From NCBI GenBank assembly GCA_951406725.2, contig OX597818.1:125116001-125180000 (forward strand): a stretch of DNA of 64,000 bases, in the 5' to 3' direction. This document shows positions 54,016 to 64,000 of the stretch, piece after piece. The translations under genes were made by a program, and so were the position numbers. The notes under the pieces are model-generated. The model had not been told where the DNA came from. It was given only the letters and a program-made list of their open reading frames with translations, and did no database searches. Within the stretch, counting starts at the first letter, position 1, and the number at the start of each line of letters is the position of its first letter. This DNA comes from Octopus vulgaris (Eukaryota).

Positions 54016-54566
54016 TAGATGCAGTACCAGGCAGTGGCTCTCATGGCTTCTGATCTTAACTGATTGGAAGTGTTATCATGTACATTGTTTTGTCTTGGTA
54101 TAAAAGATGGGCTACAGCAAATATTCTGCTCAATACCACAGACTTGCTTGTCAGTTGTTTGACCATAACCAGTTGACCATGTCCCTTAGTGGCTGACGAT
54201 ATGTGCATCTCTGATCACGAGCAGAAGTAGTGGGGGAGCATCATAGCCATGTGTTGAGAAGGATTCTTTGGGGTTTGAATAATTCACCTCTGGAAACATG
54301 GGTGTTTCATTCAACGTTCTTAAACAACCCTTATTCAGGGACCTTTTGAGCAGGATGGGTTACTCGATCTGAAGAAAATTCTAACTGGGCTCCACCTGCA
54401 AGGTCATGTGTTGTTTATCTTGATATGAGATCACCATGTCGCGCACATATGGTTGTGATGCATGTGCCTGGTGTACCCTTATCAGACGGGTAGTCATGAT
54501 GGGTATACTGGGCTTCGTATATTTTACCCCAGTGTCACTTTGATGGCATGCTCTGCTCGCTCACTC
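54014..54566 (+). mobile_element. Unclassified insert flanked by (AAT)n on both sides
   Basis: Complex sequence bounded by AAT repeats; no coding motif recognised. Confidence 0.45.
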
Positions 54567-54594
54567 AATAATAATAATAATGATAATATTATCA

Positions 54595-54991
54595 TTCAAG
54601 TTTTACTTGGAAAGGAAAATATGGGTAGAGAGAGAAGTGTTGTCTTCTAGCCAATTTGCTGAAAGGTGGATGAAAGTGGCAAGAAGGGTGTGGGTGAATG
54701 GGCCTGCCTTGAGCATACGCCTGTATCTGGAAAAAAAAAAGGGAAGAAAAAAGGCACCTGCCCCCAAAGTCAAGGTACCCATGGTTTTTTTTTTTATGGG
54801 GTTTTTCCATGAGCAGCCCTCGAACGTCTCCTCCCTATTGAGGATCACACATTGTTGATTTTTAAAATTCTGTTGTTCTTGTTTACACGCAAAACCCTCT
54901 CAACACCCACTCACACACATGCATTCTTTGTTTTGTCTTGTACTGTCCAGAATGTTTTCTTTAATGTAAACCTTTGTTGTTAATAAAGAAA
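54595..54991 (+). mobile_element. Second, divergent Tx1-clade LINE 3' end in (ATC/ATT)n
   Basis: FKFYLERKIWVEREVLSSSQFAERWMKVARRVWVN aligns to FKNHLKRKVRVERQVLSSECFKKRWVNVARMARMN of the 38347 copy; ends AATAAAGAAA. Confidence 0.8.
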
Positions 54992-55012
54992 TCATCATCA
55001 TCATCATCATCA

Positions 55013-55173
<161 letters not shown>

Positions 55174-55823
55174 GTTATTATTGTTATTATATTACCCCTC
55201 CCATCATTCTTTGCCCTGGCTGCAAATAAAAGAAATCATTCTTCTTCTTCTTCTCCTCCTCCTCCTCCTCCTCCTTCTTCTTCTTCTTCTTCTTCTTCTT
55301 CTTCTTCTTCTTCTTCTTCTTCTTTTTCTTCTCATTATAATTGTTGTTGTTGTTGCCATTTTAGTGATCGCTATTGTTATTTTGTCGGAATGAGAAGTAA
55401 ACCAGTAGATGACTGACTACATTGAAGTGCACCCGATTAAATGCCCTGTGTTATTGTATCCGTTACGTCCTTGTTTCCGATTCTGATAAGGTCAAAATGC
55501 TTTGCGGTTTTTTTTCCGGCTCTCTATGTTCTGTTTTCGAATCCAGCTCAAGTCAAGTTTACCTTTCATTCTTGCAAGGCCTATAATATAAGGTACTAGT
55601 CAAAAAGTGGTACTTTATTTTATAAGACTGGTACTTTACTTTAATCAACAGTGTTCGCCTCCAGAATATGTTGCTGTATTAGAATGTATTATAGTTTAAA
55701 ATGTACGTACCAGTTGCTAGGGATGTGTTAAATATGTAAAATTGATATAGCCAATAGTGTTACACTGCTATATTTAGTTGCTATTTAAGCAATGTGTTCG
55801 TGGATGGTTAATGGGTTGGATCT

Positions 55824-55866
55824 GGCGCTGAGGAAGGAGCAAGAACTCCTGAAATATGTATATACC
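55824..55866 (+). ncRNA. Minimal type I hammerhead motif, stem I decayed
   Basis: GGCG-CTGAGGA-AGGAG-CAAGAA-CTCCT-GAAA-TATGTA-TA-TACC. Confidence 0.55.
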
Positions 55867-56621
55867 TCAATTACCTATTTTTCTATCTTCGGTCGCATTG
55901 TTTAAATAGACGTAGTCGTATTCGAAACGTCGTAACTTTCAGTAGTGGCTCTAGATTCGCAAGAAAATCTGTAGAGATAATTTTAAAAAGTGATTATAGC
56001 TTTTGTTTTATCGTCATTGCAGTTATCCTCGGGAAGAAGGGATAGCGTGGTAGGTGACACAACACGATAAAATGAAGAGGGAAATGCTTGTTAACATGTA
56101 ACATGCTTTCACTAATTTTTAAGGTGTCTGTGTAGTCGCGAGCGGATATAGACAACCAATATTCGGTTGATTCTCATAACGATCAAGTTGGCTTAAGCAA
56201 CGTGATAAGAAGCATATTGCTCAAGGACACAACAGGCCGCTTGCTCCAGGAGTTGAATGTACAACCTTACGATTCTGAGCGAATGTCCCTTACTACTAGG
56301 TCACACACCTTTAGCAATATAAATTAGATTGTATATGACACTATAGACTATAGAGAATTAAAAAAAGACATTTATATCATTAGATATGTACTTAACACTA
56401 TTATGTAACAATTACCTTACATTAGATCATATACTGCTTGATAGAACATCTGTGTAAACGTAACCAATTTCACTCTACTTATCCTACAGATGTCCTTGAG
56501 AAATGGATCAACGTCACCAAATCTTGTGTCTTTCTTTTGCAAGATAGCAGCCTGGCAAATATAAGAAAAAAAAGCAGCATTTTTAAAAATTGCTATTTTC
56601 AAGAGAGAGCCACAACTAAAA

Positions 56622-56839
56622 CATTGATTTTAAATTTTGGTACAAGTCAAGAAATTTCAGGGGACGGAGTAACTGGATTACTTCGACCCCACAGTGCTCA
56701 ACTGGTTCTTATTTTATTAACTTCCTAATGATGAAAGGTAAAGTCGAGCTCGGCAGAATTTGAACTCAGAACGTAATGACGGACGCAATACTGCGAAGCA
56801 TTTTGCTCGGCGTGCTAACGATTCTGCCAGCTCGCCGCC
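56622..56839 (-). mobile_element. Older SINE-B-related copy
   Basis: Minus-strand head GGCGGCGAGCTGGCAGAATCGTTAGCACGCCG. Confidence 0.85.
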
Positions 56840-56848
56840 TTGGACACA

Positions 56849-57246
56849 TCTTTATATATAAAAGTGTGGTTGTGTGCTGTCTGTCTCCTACGATTTAGAT
56901 TCCTAACTACTCCCACATTTTGCGGTGCAGTTTAACCAAAAGCGGGTATCTTATAGTCGTGATTCATATCGAGCCCTTCTGGGTATTAGCGCGCGTCTAC
57001 GATGAGTCTACCATTTAAAAAAAATTTACCATCAATTTTTTCCATTTTTAATGTATTTTTGGCATATATAAGGGAAATAACTCTCTAAAAATTTATTATT
57101 AAATCTCAGAACGTAAAAAGCTACAGTAACACCCCCCACACTTTGTGGTTAGCCATATTGAGATGGCTATTATACTTTACATCTCTAAAAATGCTTATAT
57201 AGTTATTTCCCTTACAAACCCGAGCAACGCCGGGCGATACTGCTAA
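56849..57246 (+). mobile_element. Non-autonomous Helitron
   Basis: 5' A|TCTTTATATATAAAAG; 3' hairpin CCCG-AGCAACGC-CGGG followed by CTAA|T (CTRR); inserted between A and T with no TSD. Confidence 0.85.
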
Positions 57247-57405
57247 TTTAAGATATTAAATTCCTTAATAATATCAGAATCTCAACAAGATCGGATTAAA
57301 TGTTGAATACCTTTAATATTTCCTTCTGCTCCTGTTAGACGATGAATTCGGTTTCTGTCAGAGTCAGCTTGGCTTTTTTGTCTTTCGTGTTTACGAAGTC
57401 GACAG

Positions 57406-57990
57406 TTACTTTACTTACTTAAGCCTTCCACACTCTATGAAAGTTAGGCCATCGACGTCTTTTCTCCACTGTTTTTTTAAAAAATCTAGCCTGTCTTTTC
57501 TGTTTCTCTCCAGCCAGACCTCTGCCTTTTCAACTCTGCCTCAATATCCCGCTTCCAGTTATTTTTAGGGTGTCCTCTCTTCGACCTCCCTTGTGAGATC
57601 CAGACCAGATCCTGACGAGTAATTAATGCAGGATGTTGGTTTCTTTAGCCCTTTAGTGTTCAAATTGCTCTGTCAAATGTAATACTTATTTATTCATATC
57701 GTTTTGAATTAACGAAGCATTATCTTGTAGCTTTGATATTTCAGTGATGTGGTTGCTTATTTCTAGAACGACGTATGATAGGTGCATGAGAACGACTCTG
57801 GCTGGTAGAATATTTGGGTCTGATATGGTCGGTTTAAATTCTAAAGGGTTAGAGTGATGCCTATTCATCCCGACTTGCTTTTCAGTATCTGCTCTTCCAT
57901 TAATATCTGCCCCTCCATTTCTGCCACTGCTCGTCATTTCTTATCTTTTATAGTCTTGATGTCCCTTGTTGCAATTTTAGTGTTTCTCCC
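57406..57990 (-). mobile_element. Decayed RTE-clade LINE 3' end interrupted by a MITE
   Basis: Minus frame IGITLKKP...ITRQDLVWISQGRSKRGHPKNNWKRDIEAE; (TAAG)n-like tail. Confidence 0.7.
57645..57852 (-). mobile_element. piggyBac-like MITE with TTAG TSD
   Basis: TTAG-CCCTTTAG ... CTAAAGGG-TTAG; homologous to 4538-4793. Confidence 0.8.
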
Positions 57991-58095
57991 GGTGGCCAGA
58001 AGAAGAGTCGACCTTGCAGTTCCCTTTTGAACTGAGGCATACGAAATACCACATCGTAACAAGGACTGGACCCTGTGGTAGTCGACACTTAGGTA

Positions 58096-58403
58096 CTGGA
58101 ATTAAATTCATTCGATCAGCGAGCACTCGTATAAAAGGTGAAACATAACCGTATTTTAACTGTTATATCGCTGTAGAGTGGGTCATAGGATTCACTTGTT
58201 ACATACTATTCGGAATGATGTAGTTTATCTTTCTGCTCTTCATGCCTCCGAGGATATCAATTATAGTCTGGAATCAATTCATTCGATTAGTGTCGACTCC
58301 TATGAAATTTGTAAGGAATCAGTATTTTCAGTTTCATCGCTGAAAATTAGTCTTTAAGATTCACTTGTTACATATTACTAGCAATGGTATATTTTATCTT
58401 TCT
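58096..58403. repeat. Diverged tandem duplication, period 172 bp
   Basis: CTGGAAT.AATTCATTCGAT...GATTCACTTGTTACATA...TTTATCTTTCT at 58096 and 58268. Confidence 0.8.
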
Positions 58404-58632
58404 TGGCCCGAACGTCTTTCGAAACACACTAGCTAGTTCGTCACATACATATACACATATAATGTGTGTCGTTGTTTCGGTGTCTGCGTATTTGTGTATG
58501 AGTGCATGAATGCGTGTGACAGACTATGCATGTGCTTATGTTTACTGTTGTAAACCGATTTTCTCTCCCATTATACAGACATTCATGCACACAAATGCAT
58601 GCATTCACACTTATTTATTCACACATACATGC

Positions 58633-58723
<91 letters not shown>

Positions 58724-58937
58724 AGAACGAAATTTGCTTAGGTTGCCCAGGTCCCTTAGAGCTGAGTCATTTAAATACTCCAACAAGAGAACCTGAATCT
58801 TTGTATAGTTGCTTTCAGCCCCTTTCAGTGCTGGTGCTCTACGAGAAGATCACACGGTTAGCAGCATGACGACATTCTCACCACAAAGGCTTGTTCATTG
58901 AGCTTTCCTTTTTCGGTGATTCTTTCAGAGGAATGGC

Positions 58938-59947
<1,010 letters not shown>

Positions 59948-60107
59948 AGAGAGAGAGGGGGGAGTCCTGCTTATTAAAATGAAATAAGCTGTATTTTTCT
60001 CACAACCTTATATTTGCTTCTATTCTTTCTGCACTTTTTAATAATGACAAATACGCTGTACCTATTGTTAACCGTTTATTATATATATCAGCCCTCATAA
60101 CCATTTA

Positions 60108-60236
60108 GACCATCTGAAGAAGCTGAGAGGCACACTCATCACGCAAACTTTATCTGCCCATCCCTACAGAACACTGAAGAGATGGAGATAGCATGGAGGA
60201 TTTTGTTGCCTCTTGGCAGAAACGGCCGTAAGGAAC
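60108..60236 (+). ncRNA. Hammerhead motif with long stem II insertion, weak stem I
   Basis: CTGAAGA-A-GCTGAGAGGCA[~74 nt]TGCCTCTTGGC-A-GAAA-CGGCCG-TA; palindromic ACGGCCGT stem III. Confidence 0.55.
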
Positions 60237-60468
60237 TGATCTTATACGCTTTCCTGTAATATTAATTAATACATGTATGTGTAACACATACTTACTACAT
60301 GTGCATGCGCTCTTCTAATACTTTGTAATACTTTTGAATAAATAGACACACTGGAATGTCTACCAGCTGATGTATGTCATTTTGTATCCTCTCCACTTTT
60401 TCTTATTTGCCGTATGTATGTATGTATGTATGTATGTATGTATGTATGTATGTATGTATGTATGTATG

Positions 60469-60504
<36 letters not shown>

Positions 60505-60515
60505 CGTGTTGTTTA

Positions 60516-60732
60516 TTGTTGTTTGTTCCTTCTTGAGCCATACTTGGCGCATAAAGGTTGGTTTCCAGATTTCATTGGCGTATAGTTTCCCACCTGGACA
60601 GGACGCCGGTCTGTCGCAGGTGAGCTGCTAGATGCAGGAGGAAAGAGTGAGAGAAAGTTGTGGCGAAAGAGTCAGCTGAGGTTCGCCATTACCTTCTGCC
60701 GAAGCCGCGTGGAGCTTAGCTGTTTCGCTCAT
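60516..60732 (-). mobile_element. SINE-C, 5' part missing
   Basis: Homologous to 6836-7052. Confidence 0.88.
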
Positions 60733-60957
60733 AACTCTGCCGCCTACATTGAGGTCCTAGAAATAATTACAAAACTCTGGATAGACAGTGTATGCAATGG
60801 AAGGCCATATGTGTTTCAGTAAGATTCTGCACTATCGCACATGGCTCTAGTAACACAAGAATGGATGACTGAAAATTTTCACGATCACATAACTCCTAGC
60901 ATTTGGCCTCCTAATTCCCCAGATCTCAATCCATTGGACTATTACATGTGGAGCGTT

Positions 60958-61042
<85 letters not shown>

Positions 61043-61324
61043 TCAATGAACACACCCATAACGCCAAAGATCCTTTGAAAGCTGAGATAGTCAGAGTAAT
61101 GTCCAAAATGAACCAAGACCACTTGATTCGAGCATGTAGATTGATTTAGATCTCATATAGAAGCAGTTGTTTGAAGCTGAAGGTGAGTTTATTGAATAAC
61201 ATTATAGAAAAGAATGTTTATTTTAATCCTCATACCATTTTTTGATAAATAAAGTTATTATCTGTCATTATTTATCTGGGTTTTTTTTATAACAATAAAT
61301 CTGTCAGCAAATATTTTATGCTCC

Positions 61325-61327
<3 letters not shown>
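60733..61327 (+). mobile_element. maT (DD37D) Tc1/mariner-superfamily transposon, 3' fragment
   Basis: YIEVLE...YVFQ*DSALSH...WPPNSPDLNPLDY with 37 residues between the second and third catalytic D; ends CTCCCTG-TA. Confidence 0.88.
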
Positions 61328-61370
<43 letters not shown>

Positions 61371-61442
61371 AGGTTTGGAGATGATGTACAGGTATTATAT
61401 ATTAGAAGAAATGAGGTACTCAGAAAATCGGATGGTTTGTGT

Positions 61443-61482
<40 letters not shown>

Positions 61483-61484
<2 letters not shown>

Positions 61485-62111
61485 CTGTAAATATAATATG
61501 TGACAATTATTCGGTAGCCATGATAAAACTCCTAGTTTCGGATGCCGAGGTGGAAATCCAGGCCGCTGTTTCTGCAATTATCCGGCCATCGGTAAGAATG
61601 CTATGAAAATGACCGTTAAACAAAGGGAAATTACTGTAAGATGGACCGTTATTAAGACAAAAGAGCTATTTGAATGACCGCTAAGTGAGGGGAGGGAGTA
61701 AGAGTAAAGGGGTAAAAACGTTCATAGTATTTGCGTAAGCGCGCATGTCCATACCTACACATGCGCGCCCGCGCATCCTCGTACATGCGCCTAAAATATA
61801 CACTCATCCATACACATTCTCACCCGCACCATTTGCCAAAAAAAAATATATATATATATAAAAATACTTTGAACATTTTTACCTCCTTACTTTTACTCCC
61901 TCCCCTCACTTAGCAGTCATTCAAATAGCTCTTTTGTCTTAATAACGGTCAATCACACAGTAATTTCCCTTTGTTTAACTGTCATTTTCATAGCATTTTT
62001 TCCGATGGCCGGATAACTGAAGAGATGGCGGCGTGGATTTCCACCCCGACATCCGGAACACGGAGTTTTATCATGGCTACCGAATAATTTTCACATATTA
62101 CATGTACAGAT
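61483..62111. mobile_element. Foldback with ~250-bp arms, each carrying a damaged hammerhead motif
   Basis: Arms 61483-61732 and 61862-62111 are reverse complements; motifs at ~61522-61582 (-) and 62012-62072 (+). Confidence 0.85.
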
Positions 62112-62174
62112 AAATTCCTCTATTTACATAATATCGAGGTCTCTTTCATTCTTTTGTTGTCTTCCCATTTTTAT

Positions 62175-62213
<39 letters not shown>

Positions 62214-62242
62214 TTGGAAGGTTTGGAGATGATGTACAGATG

Positions 62243-62286
<44 letters not shown>

Positions 62287-62436
62287 TATATATATATATA
62301 GAGAGAGAGATTAGAAATGGGAACTGAGATAATAAATTGAACAATTAAAACTTGAATCATTAAATGATAACTTCCATTAAATTATTTTATCATTTTATAC
62401 AAATGACACATCTCGTAAATTACAGCTGTATATATA

Positions 62437-62480
<44 letters not shown>

Positions 62481-62635
62481 TAGATAGATAGGTAGATGTG
62501 TGTGTATGGATAAGTATATATAAGTATATATGTAATTGAATGTATGTATGTGTGTATATATATATATACATATATATATATATAATTATTTTTTAAATTT
62601 TGCTTATACATAGCTGGATTGTAACGTTACATGTT

Positions 62636-62680
<45 letters not shown>

Positions 62681-62714
62681 ATTATACGCATATAAATTTG
62701 TATATGCATGTATT

Positions 62715-62759
<45 letters not shown>

Positions 62760-63036
62760 GTATGTGTACGTATGTATGCATTTATGTATGTATATGCATT
62801 ATATGCACACAAATGCACACATAATATACGAAAGTCCTCATCTCTATTAAATTCACTCACAAGGCATTGGTTGATCCAGAGCTATAGCAGAAAACACTTG
62901 TCTTAGAAGAACTGAAGCGCAATCCACATTTTTGGAAGGCGATCTTCTTAACTTACACAATCATGCTTACGCCTCTGCATCGTTAATAAAACTAATTGCT
63001 TTCTATAAAAATCTCACTAATCTTAACTTTAATACA

Positions 63037-63305
63037 TAATTCGTTTCCGAAGAACCTAAGAGACCTGCATGGGGTGGATGCAGATGTCTTTAAAATAAAA
63101 CTGGATCTCTTCTTGTCAGGTGTCCCAGATGAACCAACTTCATGGCAGGAGGTGCAAATGAGGGCAGCTGCATCGAACTCTCTCATGCACCAAATAGCAT
63201 TTGCTAAAAAGCATTCGTTAAGTAAAATCATGTAGCAACACCAAATGGCGGTGCCCCAGCATGGCCACAGCTTGTGAGCTGATACTAGATAAAAATAAAA
63301 TAAAA
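63037..63305 (+). mobile_element. CR1-group LINE 3' end
   Basis: NSFPKNLRDL...FKIKLDLFLSGVPDEP...SNSL aligns with the C-terminus of 48349-49795; 3' UTR ends in (TAAAA)n. Confidence 0.8.
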
Positions 63306-63390
63306 TTTAAAAGAAAAAAATAATTCGAATTTATTTTTGTCCTGCATCTCCAGTGTGAGTCGAAGTCTAAGCGATAGAAAGAGAGTGAGA

Positions 63391-63430
<40 letters not shown>

Positions 63431-63457
63431 GAGAGAGAGAGAGACGATTCTTTAGAC

Positions 63458-63693
63458 CAGTGTTTCTCAACAACCATTTTTTTACCTATGGAACCATTGT
63501 ATTCCTATTATGCTCGGATGTATCCTCCTAGTCATTCGATGTTTAAAAAATCCTAGGTTTAGAACAAAATGTTTTTTGTTTTTAAATTTTGTGTATTGTA
63601 GAAGTATAACTAATTTATTGGGGATAAATTTTAACAGCAATATCTTGTATGGGGCCCCGCAAAAGTCATATGGACGCCGGGTAAGTACTACTG
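63458..63693. mobile_element. hAT (Charlie/Buster-type) MITE
   Basis: CAGTGTTTCTCAAC ... ACTACTG; 8-bp flanks CTTTAGAC / TGCTAGAC with central TA. Confidence 0.6.
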
Positions 63694-63854
63694 TGCTAGA
63701 CCATCAACGATTACGGTTTTACACTTGTAAAGAGAGATAAATATGTTTCAGAGTTATTTCCCTTCGTTCGTTAGCAGTTTATATTTAAACTGGTTACACG
63801 CAATAGGTGAGAGAAGTTCATTGCCATGTATATAGGTACATACTCACGGGCGCG

Positions 63855-63901
<47 letters not shown>

Positions 63902-64000
63902 GCACACATACACACACGCTCGCAAGTATACATACATACATACAACCATATATGCATTCTCTCTCTCTCTCTCTCTCACTAACACACACACACATATATA

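Overview
AT-rich (visually ~35% GC), microsatellite-saturated eukaryotic DNA. The repeat families look like those of an octopod cephalopod (Octopus-like); this is recognition from memory, not a database result. No intact host gene is recognisable, and nearly all ORFs in the supplied track are translations of simple repeats or SINEs. The window contains: (i) four tRNA-derived SINE groups (labelled A-D here); (ii) fragments of non-LTR retrotransposons from four clades (CR1-group, RTE/BovB-like, Tx1/L1, R4/Dong); (iii) DNA transposon remnants (mariner, Tc1, maT DD37D, piggyBac-like, hAT and Merlin-like MITEs, one non-autonomous Helitron); (iv) a tRNA-Pro(TGG) pseudogene; (v) a possible decayed multi-exon gene at about 2.8-6.3 kb. 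The most interesting signal is a dispersed set of about ten short non-coding elements, mostly in or beside (TA)n tracts, each carrying a type I hammerhead-ribozyme-like motif (Penelope-like pLTR or retrozyme-like). Two of them occur as back-to-back inverted pairs. Other notable signals are apparently microsatellite-specific Tx1 elements and two SINE-LINE 3' tail partnerships readable within the window. All alignments and folds were done by eye.
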